Shown: piece by piece, positions 1 to 11,344 of the stretch
Numbering within the stretch: position 1 is the stretch's first letter
How the letters are laid out: each line of letters starts with the position of its first letter
Assembly (NCBI RefSeq): GCF_006345805.1
Contig: NC_043021.1
Span: 27,528,001 to 27,592,000, forward strand
Source of the DNA: Octopus sinensis
Taxonomy: Eukaryota
Direction of reading: 5' to 3'
Length of the DNA stretch: 64,000 nucleotides
Program-made: the position numbers and the translations under genes
Notes under the pieces: model-generated
The model's database searches: none
Told to the model about the DNA's origin: nothing
Seen by the model: only the letters and a program-made list of their open reading frames with translations

Positions 1-540
1 CTGGACTTAGAATACACTTCGAAAGAATATATTTACATGAATACTGCAACTATAAGTCTATAATAAAGTATCAACAGGAGGACTACAAAATGTTTTGTAA
101 GGAATAATAGAAAACTAATACAAATGGGTACAAAACATGAAGGGGAAAAAAACAAATCTTTTCTGACTTCAAGGAAGCGAACAGATAAAGACGGAGTCTA
201 AACATATAGACACGAGAAAAAATGAGAAAACAAAATAAATTATAAAGATAAGAACAGAAAATAAAAAAGCAAAATCTTGAAAATAGAGAAAGATGATTCC
301 ACAATGACATGTTAAACAGCGAGAGAAAAAAAATCGCCCTTATTTGGTTAAAGTCTGCAAAAAAAAAAAAAAAAAAAGAAAAACAAGATAAAATCACAGA
401 GAGTTGGAAAAATAAGAGCCAAAACCTATGGCACCGTCTTAGAAGTGAAGAACTCAAGGCTGTGACTGAAGGTTTCTTTACTGAGGTAAAGGATCAAAGC
501 TTTTGCTGTAGAAGAAGCTACCAAATGCATACAAACAGGT
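1..540 (+). mobile_element. Degraded R4/Dong-type (REL-endonuclease) LINE ORF remnant
   Basis: The translation around 420-520 (LWHRLRSEELKAVTEGFFTEVKDQS) resembles the LK.ETEG.I.AAQDQ motif seen intact in the elements at 19300-19400 and 20660-20710. Many stops and frameshifts. Confidence 0.4.
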
Positions 541-602
541 AAAATTCAAGCAAAACTACCAGATATTGATCTCAAATTTTGGCACAAGGCCAGCAATTTC
601 TG

Positions 603-778
603 CTTCAAAACTAGTACTCAACTTGTACTTAATTTATCAACCTCGGAAGGATAAAATGCAACGTGAACCTTGGCTGAATTTGAACTCAGAACTTTAAAAT
701 GGAAGAAATGCCGTCAAGCATTTCGCCCGATGTCCTAACGATTCTGCTAGCAGCTCGTCAACTTCAGAATCTGCGAGG
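603..778 (-). mobile_element. SINE family B (tRNA-like head, central CCTTTCATCCTTTCGGGGTCGATAAA motif), degraded
   Basis: The reverse complement aligns by eye to the copies at 18342, 25572, 45988 and 54432 (gagctggcagaa..gttag..cgggcgaaatgctt..ttctgagttcaaatt). Confidence 0.6.
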
Positions 779-1361
779 AAGAAAATGCCCAGCAGAATTA
801 AGTTCAGAGCCGAGTTTCGTGACAAGAAAAACTCTCCAAAAACGTCGCCCGTCGAAAAGCTGTCGATGTCGCGCTTCTAATCTTCACACCCTTCTTCTAA
901 GACAACAATGTGCGACATTCAACCCTGAACTAACCTCGGTCCACTGCGGTTCCATCGAAGAAATGAATTGTTGGGGAGAATACTTCGCTAGCGCTGACAA
1001 TCACCTGTTCACCTTCTGGGAACAACTACAGATGCTGCAAGTTCCAGTCTGTTCCTACCCTTCATTATCTCCTGCATGCTGGATCACTCGGTGTAGATGA
1101 AAATTTGTTTAGAGCGAAAGAGCAGACTGGTCTACCGACTGGTCTGGTTAAATAAAAGAAATTGGGACAATGCCATAGAGTTCAGTTAATTATAAACTGA
1201 CCAGGCGATGTTGAAATCCTGCCAGACATTTCACAGATTGTTACGTCTCGATCTAATTCTTACAGAAACTAGCGACTCGGATCGTAAACTCATCCCAGTT
1301 CCTGGCTACTTTGTAATGTATTTAAAACCTAAAACTCGGTGAATGTGATTATCTTTTATTT

Positions 1362-1740
1362 CTTTATCTTGTTTCAGTCAGTAGACTGCGGCCGTACTGA
1401 AGCACGACCTTGAAGTATATCTAAGCGAATCAACGGGCTACAGTACTTATTTCATTTTTGAAAAACCTCATAATCATACTAACGGTGTTTTTGGCCGAAC
1501 CACTAAGTTACGGGGACGTACATATACCAACACCGGTTGTCAAGCAATGGTGGGGGACAAACACAGATACCCATAGATATAAATATACACGACGAGCTGC
1601 TTTTAGTTTCCGTCTACCAAATCCACTCACAAGACCCGAGCGTATTGTAGGAGACAATTGACCATGGCGTCACGCAGTGACACAGAACTTCAAAGCAAGT
1701 AGAGAAGCAAGCTTCTTAACACAAGACCATGCCTCACCTT
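1362..1740 (-). mobile_element. SINE family A (CORE-type tRNA-SINE with internal microsatellite), degraded
   Basis: Contains the tail ttgtttcagtca..gactgcggcc, gccgaaccactaagttacggggacgta and tttcagtttccgtctaccaaatccactcacaag, shared with the intact copy at 17258-17669. Confidence 0.75.
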
Positions 1741-2769
1741 GTGTGCACACAGCCCACGCCTACGCTTATATTATCAACAATTTTGATCTTTTACAATTTT
1801 GATCTGGGTTCAAAGCACACCGAGTTTTCATGCTTCCGAGGTCGATAAAATAAACTCTCTATCAAGTACTAAGGTCAATAATGTAATCGAGAGTACTCTC
1901 CCCTAACATCTTTGATTTTGTGTCAATGGTAAACATTAAAAGTGCATTTATAACAATTTTATTTCTTAACCAGAATGTCGTTTCTCAGCTGTTTCTACTA
2001 CAGAAAAAAACATTTTAGAAACAAGGCGATCAATATTTATTATCTAAATGGATAGGGTTTGAACATTCTTCCAAAGGATTCCAAATAGAAATTGTTTAAG
2101 CTGATATTGGAAACTGTTATAACTTCATAAAATAAAATAAAAATAAAAATTCGTTCGACTATTAAGAATTTCTATTGGAGAAACTTTTTTTAAAATTTAA
2201 ATTTTTAAAGTGTTTGAAATGTGGACACATTTAAAAAAAAAAAGAAAAAGTCGTCCATGCAAATTTGTTGAAATGTTTCCTGTTTTCATTAGTACATCTT
2301 CGAAAACTCAAATAAAACAGTTTAATTATTATCTCAAATGGAAAATATATGTAATTTCAATCGGAAAAGAAGAATACAATATCTATATTTTCCAACAGAT
2401 AAATTCAAACAATTCACACATTTATTCACTTATATACAGCCCTTTCAATACACATGAAAGCTTCTTCGGGTGTCGTAATTTTGATATTTAGAAATTTAGA
2501 TCTTCAAAAGAAATACAAGTTTTCTCTTCAACGCTGTCCTCCTTTTAATCATATTTGTAAAGTGTATTCTTTCTTTTATCTTACATAGACTTAAACTTGA
2601 TATTTCCTTTATCAGTGTTATATTATAGTATATATTTTATCATTTTTCTCTGTTTTCAAGTCATCATATTCAGCAACAATTATTTAATCGACAATATAAT
2701 TATCTATAACTACGCCGTTTTGGGAGAAAACAACAATGGTAACAATAACGATCAATTCAAACTATTGTT

Positions 2770-2771
2770 CC

Positions 2772-2830
<59 letters not shown>

Positions 2831-2889
2831 CTATATATATAATATATATATATATATATATGTATATTATATATATATGTATATATGTA

Positions 2890-2938
<49 letters not shown>

Positions 2939-3080
2939 TATATATATAATATATATATATATGTATATATGTATATATATATATATTATATATATATTAT
3001 ATATATATAGATATATATATATATATATAATATATACATACATACATATATATATGTATGTATTTATATATGTACATATA
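2770..3080. repeat. Compound (TA)n/(TATG)n microsatellite
   Basis: Direct reading. Representative of many similar arrays (e.g. 4700-5060, 33030-33460, 42110-43080, 46840-47150, 53270-53600, 55900-56310). Confidence 0.95.
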
Positions 3081-3094
3081 GCAAATCAAATGCA

Positions 3095-3300
3095 AAAATT
3101 AAAATAAGAACAAGAACAACAAAAGTCAAAAGGACGCACCTGGTATATTAGGTTGACGCTCAGTTTAAGATGGGAAAAAGAGAGGATTTGACGTCTCGAG
3201 CGTGAGTTTTCGTCAGAAACAGGAAAGACAAAAGTGGAAAGGTCCGGACAGAAGTAAAGGAATAGTTTGAGAAAAGCACGTGTGTTGATACATGGCTGAA
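3095..3300 (-). mobile_element. Penelope-type pseudo-LTR fragment with decayed minimal hammerhead (3187-3219)
   Basis: The minus strand reads ttt-CTGACGA-a-aactcacgctc-GAGA-c-gtc-aaa. It is homologous to 4490-4700, where stem II and GAAA are intact. Confidence 0.45.
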
Positions 3301-3807
3301 TGCACACACAAACAGACACACATATATATTAGACAGAATGAGATACCAAAGCCGAGGATGTGAGGAGTTTTCAGGACGTTTATAATGAAATACTCATACA
3401 GCTATTTCTGGGATATTATGGATACCCCTTCATCAGAGACGTTGTGAGAATTTGAGTTCGAATTATTATGGAAAAGGAGGAGATAGGGAATATAGAGGGA
3501 AATAAGTGAATGAAAGTAGAAATAAGATATATAAAGATATTGTAGTTGCAGTTCCATTATTCGAGGAAAACGGTGTATAGAAGTGGTTAAAAAGTTTCCT
3601 GTATATGGTAAGTTCCAATAGCAGTTCCTGTTTAGTCATTTCAAAGTATGGAGCCATAGAATCAGTGTTGCTTGTTCGAAAAGGTTTTGTGGTGTGAGTG
3701 AAAATTTGAGAATGTTTTGGTAGTATTTATGGATAAAGGAGGGGGAGGAGCGATGTATATATATACATACATGTATATACATACATATACACACGCACAC
3801 ACACACG

Positions 3808-3880
<73 letters not shown>

Positions 3881-3881
<1 letters not shown>

Positions 3882-4465
3882 ATAGAAATATTAAAATTAC
3901 TAAGTCTCTCTAAAGGAGATTACGGCAGCGTTACTGGATATTAATAGTTATCGCCATACTAATATGGCAGTCTATAAATATAAGACTAGAGCTGTCGCTG
4001 ATTAGCTCCAAGAAGCCATCGCCTCTAGCTAGCTATATGACACACGAACCTGCGTCCATTACAACCTTCAAGCAGGGGAGGTCAGTCGCTTCACCTTGCT
4101 AGTCAGACATCTGCAGACGACGTTTCAGGGTTGTTGCCCTCTATCAATGCAGCGTAGTCAGACCCAGCAGGTGTCGCTACTGACCGTCTGTTCGAAGATT
4201 TTATTTACCTAGTTACAGTGGAATACATCCACTTGTCTTCAATAATAGAAATATTAAAATTACTAGTTTCTCTAAAGGAGATTACGGCAGCGTTACTGGA
4301 TATTAATAGTTATCGCCATACTAATATGGCAGTCTATAAATATAAGACTAAAGCAGGTTCGTGTGTCATATAGCTAGCTAGAGGCGATGGTCTCTTGGAG
4401 CTAATCAGCGACAGCTTTAGTGTTATATTTATAGACTGCCATATTAGTATGGCGATTACTATTAA
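3881..4465 (-). mobile_element. Non-coding miniature Penelope-like element (tandem plus inverted partial pseudo-LTRs) next to (TA)n
   Basis: Direct repeat 3881-3990 / 4244-4352 and 113-bp inverted repeat 3941-4053 / 4353-4465. Hammerhead-like motif at 4111-4152. A second family member lies at 40564-40980. Confidence 0.7.
4111..4152 (-). ncRNA. Type I hammerhead-like motif, U3-A8 variant (A9G in this copy)
   Basis: The minus strand reads ctgca-TTGATAG-aggg-caacaa-ccct-GAAA-c-gtc-gtc-tgcag. Stem I ctgca/tgcag, stem II aggg/ccct, GUC triplet. Confidence 0.5.
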
Positions 4466-4489
4466 TATATATACATATATAGTTAATCC

Positions 4490-4700
4490 AAACAAGAAAA
4501 CACAGAAAAAAACCACAGCAACGCGAGGACGTGGAACAATTAAAGAATTATTTGACGCTCAGGAAAGAAGGGAAGGAGGGTTTAACGTTTCGAGCGGAGC
4601 TCTTCGTCGGAAAGAAAGGAGAAGGAAAGATTCCGAGAAGGGAAGACAGAGGAAAAAAAATTTTTTGCTGGTGGTGCTCAAGAGATCACATGTTGATTAT
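4490..4700 (-). mobile_element. Penelope-type pseudo-LTR fragment with minimal hammerhead-like motif (4581-4613)
   Basis: The minus strand reads ttt-CCGACGA-a-gagc-tcc-gctc-GAAA-cgtt-aaa (U4C core, palindromic ACGT stem III). Confidence 0.5.
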
Positions 4701-4704
4701 ATAT

Positions 4705-4749
<45 letters not shown>

Positions 4750-4764
4750 TATATATATAATATA

Positions 4765-4971
4765 TATAAATTAGAGATAAAACCACTATTAGGCAAATCA
4801 AACAGTGAAAAACATAAACCAAAACATAGAAATAAAATTAATGAATATAATATACAAAAAATATAAAATATAAAATATAAAATTTAAATTATTTAAATTT
4901 AAAGTTAAAAATTAAAAATTATTAATTTATATTTATAAATTTATATATATATATATATATGTATATATATT

Positions 4972-5054
<83 letters not shown>

Positions 5055-5100
5055 GTATATTTTATTGTTATTTATTTTTTTATTTATTTATTCTTATCTT
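4765..5100 (+). repeat. Left arm of an AT-rich inverted repeat (right arm ~7755-7945), probably Penelope-derived
   Basis: taaattagagataaaaccactattaggcaaatcaaacagtgaaaa.. at 4767 is reverse-complemented at 7900-7945, and the similarity extends inward. Confidence 0.6.
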
Positions 5101-5154
5101 ATAATACTTTTTATCTTATATTAAACTTTTAAATACTTTTTGATAGTTATATAT

Positions 5155-5383
5155 ACTCTTTTACTCTTTCACTCTTTTACTTGTTTCAGTCATTTGACTG
5201 CGGCCATGCTGGAGCATCGCCCTTAGTCGAGCAAATCGACCCCGGGAAATATTCTTTGTAAGCCCAGTACCGCTAAGTGACCGCTAAGTGACCGGGACGT
5301 AAACACACCAGCATCGGTTGTCAAGCAATGCTAGGGTGACAACCATAGACACACAAACACACACACACACACACACACACACA

Positions 5384-5433
<50 letters not shown>

Positions 5434-5584
5434 ACATATATACGACAGGCTTCTTTTCAGTTTCTGTGTACCAAATACACTCACAAGACATTGGTCGGCT
5501 CGGGGCTATAGCAGAAGAATCTTGCCCAAGATGCCACGCAGTGGGACTGAACCCAGAACCACGTGGTTGGTTAGCAAGCTACTT
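5155..5584 (-). mobile_element. SINE family A body and tail (head split off to 7710-7747)
   Basis: The minus strand reads aagtagcttgctaaccaaccacgtggttctgggttcagtcccactgcgtggcatcttgggcaag (B box plus CORE-like), then (TA)(TG)n, then the tail ending ..gactgaaacaagtaaaagag. Confidence 0.9.
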
Positions 5585-7709
5585 TATTTCAAAACATTTG
5601 CCATAAAGGCAGTACACAGATTAAGTTAGCTTTGCGGGCTGGACAAGGACATTAATGAAGTGAATGATAATGAAAGACAGATGATAAGGATGGGAGAAGA
5701 CAAAAAGCGCCCGCCGACTTTCGCTTCTCTAAAACATTGTTCTTTTTAAAGATAAACACAAAACGAGGTATTAAACCTCTTACAATTTTTCAATTTTTGG
5801 ACTTAGCAGTCCATTACTAATAATAACAGTTCAATAATTACATATCGTCCTCGAAATAGCTTGTGCCCGCGCCCTCCACCATCAACCACGCCTCCCTCAG
5901 AACGTAATCAAGTTCCGAGTTTGCGTCGCCCGGGACCAAGTTATAATCTTCATTGAGCTCCTTTAGCCCAAGCGTCATGTCGAACGCCACGGCCTCCACA
6001 GCTACCTGCGGAGGCCATTCGGGGTCCTGTGTGAAGGCTAAAGGTGCTCCCTTGTGGTGCTCTTCCATCACCTTTTCAATTTCACCTCCTCTATAGAAGA
6101 GGACCAATACGTTCAGTTCTTTCGTTGGCGGCACAGTTCCCGCCAACGGTATTCCTTCTCTTGTCGGTGGCACAACCCCAACCGACGTAGTTCCGGGACA
6201 TTCCGGTGCTATGTCACTGACAGCCGGCAATGTCCCGTTTTTCTTCCTCTTTTTCTTTTTTTTTTTACATTTCAACTGAGGGAGGGTGCGTCTCCTCCGT
6301 GGCCGGAAGATTCGCCTTCCTCTCCTCATCCCTATTATCCTTTGGTGAGCACCCATTGTTGCTCACCTTCCTCTTTCGGCCTCTGTTTGAGGAGTCCTCT
6401 GCTTTCTCGGCCGTTATCATTCCCTCTTCTAGAGGGGTTTTACTTAACTGTTCCGGGATCCTATTTTGTTCCCGGGGACAGTTCTTCTTTATGTAGCCGG
6501 ACTCCAAGCACCGATGACACTTAGGGGGGCGACCCTCAAGCATCACCGGGTACCTGCACCCGGCCATTTTCAAAAAATCTGGAAGAACCAGATTGGCTGA
6601 TTGGGTCCACAGGGTCAAAATTGCTTTTGACCCAACCCAAGCAGCCGCAGGAAGAACTTTTACATTAAGGAGCTTAGTTTCGCTGCCACCCAGACCCCGG
6701 CGGATAGTCTCCTCTATCCACTCGGGTTCTATGTCGGGTGGCAGCCCGCAAATCCAAGCTTTCATCAATTTCTTTTTTTGTACGTGGGCAGGAATAAGAT
6801 TTCCTTACCCTCCAGGGGTTTGCTAGCAAATTTGCAAGCCTCTTCAGGGGTGTCAAATAGCAACCACACCGTTGCATATTTGACACCCCTGGAAATGAAT
6901 TTAATTGTTGGCAAATACTCTTCCAACTCCTTTTCAATTGCCGTCTTTTCGAATAGGGCGATGGTGTCGAGTGCCTTGGAGTAGGTTCTCAACACCACCG
7001 TCCTATCTTCACGGTCTTTTAACCACTTTTTAGGCGGTATGATCTCCTATTCCAAAAGTTTGTTATTTTTCATTGCCATGTTTTTTTTTTTTTTTTAAAT
7101 GTATTCAAAATAAAATTAAAAAAGGAGAAGAAAAGGAAATCAGAAGTCACGGTGAAAAAGGGAGAAAGTCAAATAAAGTTAAAAAGAAAGTCAAATAAAG
7201 TTAAAAAGAAAGTCAATAACACAGCAAAAACCTTCTGGCCATTCGGTACTCCCGGCCTACATTGAACCCAGAACGCCGCAACTGGAACACAACTTCCGCA
7301 AAAATTGGTGTAAAATTGGTAAAAATTGTTCAAACTTCGGAGGCAAAACACTCTCCTATATAACAGTTTTCACAATTCTTAAAGTTCGTCACAGCACAAT
7401 ACAATTCTCATAATTAGGCGAGAAAAATATTCACTCAATTTATCGAAGACGGATACGCCCCCCAAAAATTTTCACAATTCAGCGAGAAAAATATATTTGC
7501 CACATGTCGGCAGAATCAGAATTCTGAATCCAGTAGGACTTCCTGCCTGTAAAAAACAATCCTCAACAAAAACTCCCACTGGAACCAGAAAACAGAATCT
7601 TACCTTACATGGGGCTTCCAAGATTTTCAATTCAAGACGGCTTCAAAAGCACGTCTTCACCGCTTCAGTGCCAAACACACCACTGACTCGCACATGCGCA
7701 GAAGCAACT
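5585..7709 (-). mobile_element. ORF1-only Tx1-like non-LTR element, copy 1 (complete, 2125 bp, 15-bp TSD)
   Basis: Perfect direct repeat gttagcaagctactt at 5570-5584 and 7710-7724. About 630-bp 5'UTR, one disrupted gag-like ORF and a ~250-bp 3'UTR ending ttatggcaaatgttttgAAATAAA. No RT or endonuclease sequence. Confidence 0.85.
5838..7079 (-). pseudogene. Disrupted Tx1-type ORF1 (RRM-like, RRM-like, CCHC knuckle, basic linker, acidic C-terminal domain), ~410 aa
   Basis: MAMKNNKLLE*EIIPPKKWLKDREDRTVVLRTY..TVWLLFDTPEEA..(fs)..KAWICGLPPDIEPEW..RYPVMLEGRPPKCHRCLESGYIKKNC..(fs)..FYRGGEIEKVMEEHHKGAPLAFTQDPEW..YFEDDM*. One stop and two frameshifts, both at or next to A-runs. Confidence 0.8.
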
Positions 7710-7747
7710 GTTAGCAAGCTACTTACCACACAGCCACTCCTGCGCCT
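7710..7747 (-). mobile_element. SINE family A tRNA-like head (A box) detached by the insertion
   Basis: The minus strand reads ggcgcaggagTGGCTGTGTGGtaagtagcttgctaac. Confidence 0.9.
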
Positions 7748-8046
7748 ATATATCTAATAAAAATGAATAAATAAATAAATAACAACAAAAAAAAATATAT
7801 ATAAATTAATAATTTTTAATTTTTAACTTTAAATTTAGAATTTTATATTTTATATTTTTGTATATTATATTAATTTTATTTCTATGTTTTGGTTCATGAT
7901 TTTCACTGTTTGATTTGCCTAATAGTGGTTTTATCTCTAATTTATATATATATTTATACTGTAAAATTAGATTTAATCCTAAATCTAATTTTTCCCTTTA
8001 ATTTTTGATTTACTCCATAATATTACTATTATATATATATATGGAT

Positions 8047-8087
<41 letters not shown>

Positions 8088-8089
<2 letters not shown>

Positions 8090-8300
8090 TCTTTTACTTG
8101 TTTCAGTCATTTGACTGCGGCCATGGTGGAGCACCGCCTTTAATCGAGCAACTCGACCCCGGGACTTATTCTTTTGTAAGCCCAGCACTTATTCTATCTG
8201 TCTCTTTTGCCGAACCGCTAAGTAACGGGGACATAAACACACCAGCATCGGTTGTCAAGCAATGCCAGGGGCACAAACACAGACACACAAACACACACAC
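8088..8300 (-). mobile_element. SINE family A 3' tail fragment
   Basis: ctcttttacttgtttcagtcatttgactgcggccatggtggagcaccgcc..gccgaaccgctaagtaacgggg. Confidence 0.85.
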
Positions 8301-8385
8301 GCATACATATACATACATATATATGGATATTATATGTATATATGTCTATTGATCTCACGCACCCACATGTAACTATATATATTCA

Positions 8386-8437
<52 letters not shown>

Positions 8438-8629
8438 GTATATGAAAAATTACGATAAAGACAAGTTTATATTATTTGTTTCCACGTACTTTTCGCCATT
8501 CAAGCTGTTTGGAAATCTGCAATGGATGGTCCAAATGCAGATAGATGTTTACTCAGAACGGATCTTCGGGGAACATCTTATGGCATTATAACATTGTCAT
8601 TGGTTTTCTGTAGCATAATGAAATGACGT

Positions 8630-9040
8630 GGTCTCTGATGACCCGTCGTGGTTAAGCATGCAATCGCACTTGAAACATCGAATGCAGATTTGCAAACAAC
8701 CACGACGGTGAAACGTGCGCAGGGTCAAATGATATAAACTTAAATTTTTGTCATTTCTTTCACCTTTGCTCTGTATATCATAACTGGTAATAACTACAAA
8801 GTATAATAGTTATTCAACCACTACACAGAAGCAGAGTAGAAGGCGATAATATAGGGGGAGCTCTAAACGTAAATGTAGCAGCCATGTATTGGTATATACA
8901 AACTGCACTTTCCGGAGACGGAAAGTTCAAAATCTTTCCCTTTTACAAATGTACACAGGACGAACCACAATACCGAAAGGCAATGGAACTACACTTCATA
9001 AAAAAGATTCTCTCCGAAATTAAATGTTTAATAGAGAAAA
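8630..9040 (+). mobile_element. Penelope-like remnant: degenerate hammerhead (8631-8724) plus GIY-YIG C-terminus
   Basis: CTGATGA at 8635, 11-bp stem ccgtcgtggtt/aaccacgacgg, GAAAC at 8710. Downstream FKIFPFYKCTQDEPQYRKAMELHFIKKI resembles a PLE endonuclease C-terminus. Confidence 0.5.
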
Positions 9041-9509
9041 AAAAGAAAAGCAAAGAGTTTGTTTTGTATGTATATATATATATGTATATATGTATGGGTA
9101 TGATATACATAATTATTTTATTTTGCTAATGTATTTTCATACAGAACTACACCTTACCAAAAATAAATAAATAAATGTAGGACATGAATATATTCTAAAT
9201 ATAACTCAAAGAATATAAAAAGAAACTACAAACACAGAAAGGACAGGAAAACATTTTTTTACTAATTCTTATTCTTTATTTTTTCTTTTTTTTTTCTTTT
9301 TCTTTTCTTTCTTTTCTTATCATCCCTAAAAACCATTTCAAAACAATGGTGCAAGAATTAAACAAGTTTTTACTTTACTTTATTTATTTATTTGTTTATT
9401 TGACAATCCTTAAAAAGACAATTTCAATACAATGAAAAGTGGTGGAAAAGAAAATGAATAGACTTTCTCTCCCTCTTTTACCCAACCCATCTTTCTCTCT
9501 GTCTGTCTA

Positions 9510-9538
9510 ATCTATCTATCTATCTATCTATCTATCTA

Positions 9539-9609
<71 letters not shown>
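9510..9609. repeat. (TCTA)n array, 5' flank of Tx1 fragment
   Basis: Direct reading. Confidence 0.95.
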
Positions 9610-10628
9610 GAACTGGGCATGCCGTGGTTGATGATGCGCAGACACGCGCTGAGACTGCGACATCTCAGGCTCTTCGTAGACGACGGTGAACAGGTGTGGT
9701 CGCCGTTTGTGGGGCACGCTTTCCCGCAGCTCGTCTCTATGACCGAACTGCAGTCGTGGATCAAAAAGAGGCCGAGGAAGGGCGAATGGCACCGCGAGTG
9801 TCGCGTTGCTCTCATGCAACTCTGCTGTCCTGGGTCGACCTTGAGTGACTCCATCACAACCAAAGCATTCTATAGGGGATTAGTGGAGGGGAGGTACGAC
9901 GACGAGCTCGGGGCGAACCTGGACGTCGACGAGGAATACCTGACCCGCCTGTTCGGGACGACTTTCGGGCCATGGCCCATGGATAACTTCCAGAGATCCT
10001 TGGCCTGGCAGTGCTACCGAGAAGCGTTACCCGCGTTGAAAAGGAAAGTGAGAGTAGAGAGGCAAGTTTTGTCTAGCGAATGTTTTAAAAAAAGATGGGT
10101 GAATGTAGCAAGAATGGCACGTATGAATGACGAGGCCACCTTGAGCATAATCCTATGAACCCAGAAATTGAAAACAGAGGGTTACCCACTTGCAAACAAA
10201 TGTGGTAACATATAACAATATTGACCAAGGTTACCGTGGTCTTTTTCGTAGGCTTTTCTTCCCACGGATAAACCTTACTTGCTTTCCCCTTTACACCATA
10301 TATCATGACACTGTGATACACGATCCCTATTGATCGTTTTTTCCCTCTTCCCCATTTTTCCTCTTTTTTCTTCTTTTTTCCTTTTACTTTTCTTTTGTTT
10401 CTTTTCCTTTTTCCTCTTTTTTCTTCTTTTTTCCTATTTCTTTTCTTTTGTTTCTTTTCCTTTTCTTTTCCTTTTTTCTCCCTTTTACGATCCCTTTTGA
10501 TCGAAAACCTACGCCACATTTTTTTATTCTTTTGTTTTTTGTTTTTTGTTTTTTCATCCCCCAAAAGAAAAACTCTACCTTGTAATTTGTCCCATCTGTG
10601 TGCAGCCCTGTGTGGCCAATAAAGAAAC

Positions 10629-10630
<2 letters not shown>
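9610..10630 (+). mobile_element. 5'-truncated, internally deleted L1/Tx1-clade element (ORF2 C-terminus plus 3'UTR)
   Basis: ORF 9619-10158 (..MDNFQRSLAWQCYREALP|LKRKVRVERQVLSSECFKKRWVNVARM..) is homologous to 27500-28320 but lacks the zinc-finger block. It ends gtgtggccAATAAAgaaactt, joined directly to (ATCT)n. Confidence 0.8.

Positions 10631-10704
<74 letters not shown>
10631..10704. repeat. (ATCT)n array, 3' flank of Tx1 fragment
   Basis: Direct reading. Confidence 0.95.
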
Positions 10705-10705
<1 letters not shown>

Positions 10706-11010
10706 CATCTTCCATTGTCTTCAAAGCTTCACCCCAAAAACAAAACAAAAACAATGTTCTCTTATAAACAAAATCCCCCCAAAACATCTGTTTTATATAA
10801 ATAAGCAAGATATCTTTAAGTTCACAAATATATTTGATAATTTCGAAAGACGAACGAAAGCGCTGATATGACAATGAAGATATAAAATAAGAAAAAGTTC
10901 TTTCCAAAATTCTGACGACTTTTTCTCAATATTCAGTTCTGTACATCACACCTAACACTCTACACACACACACACACACACACACGTGCGCGCGCGCGCA
11001 TACATACATA

Positions 11011-11077
<67 letters not shown>

Positions 11078-11238
11078 CATAAGTTGAAGACGGGAAGGAT
11101 GACTTCCCTTTGCAAATACTGACAGGACACAGAAAGTGTGTCTATGGCCAGCTGGAGGAGTGTGTCCTCCTGGGGCTAAAAACTACAGTAGCATCCACCG
11201 TTAGGGGTAGCCATATTGTGATGGCAAATATACGTCAC

Positions 11239-11328
<90 letters not shown>

Positions 11329-11344
11329 TACATATCTATATATA

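Noticed and set aside
699-1330. 133-aa ORF and a possible degraded endonuclease on the minus strand
   Set aside because: The ORF begins inside an antisense SINE. The similarity to an RTE APE domain is only a few residues and could not be supported.
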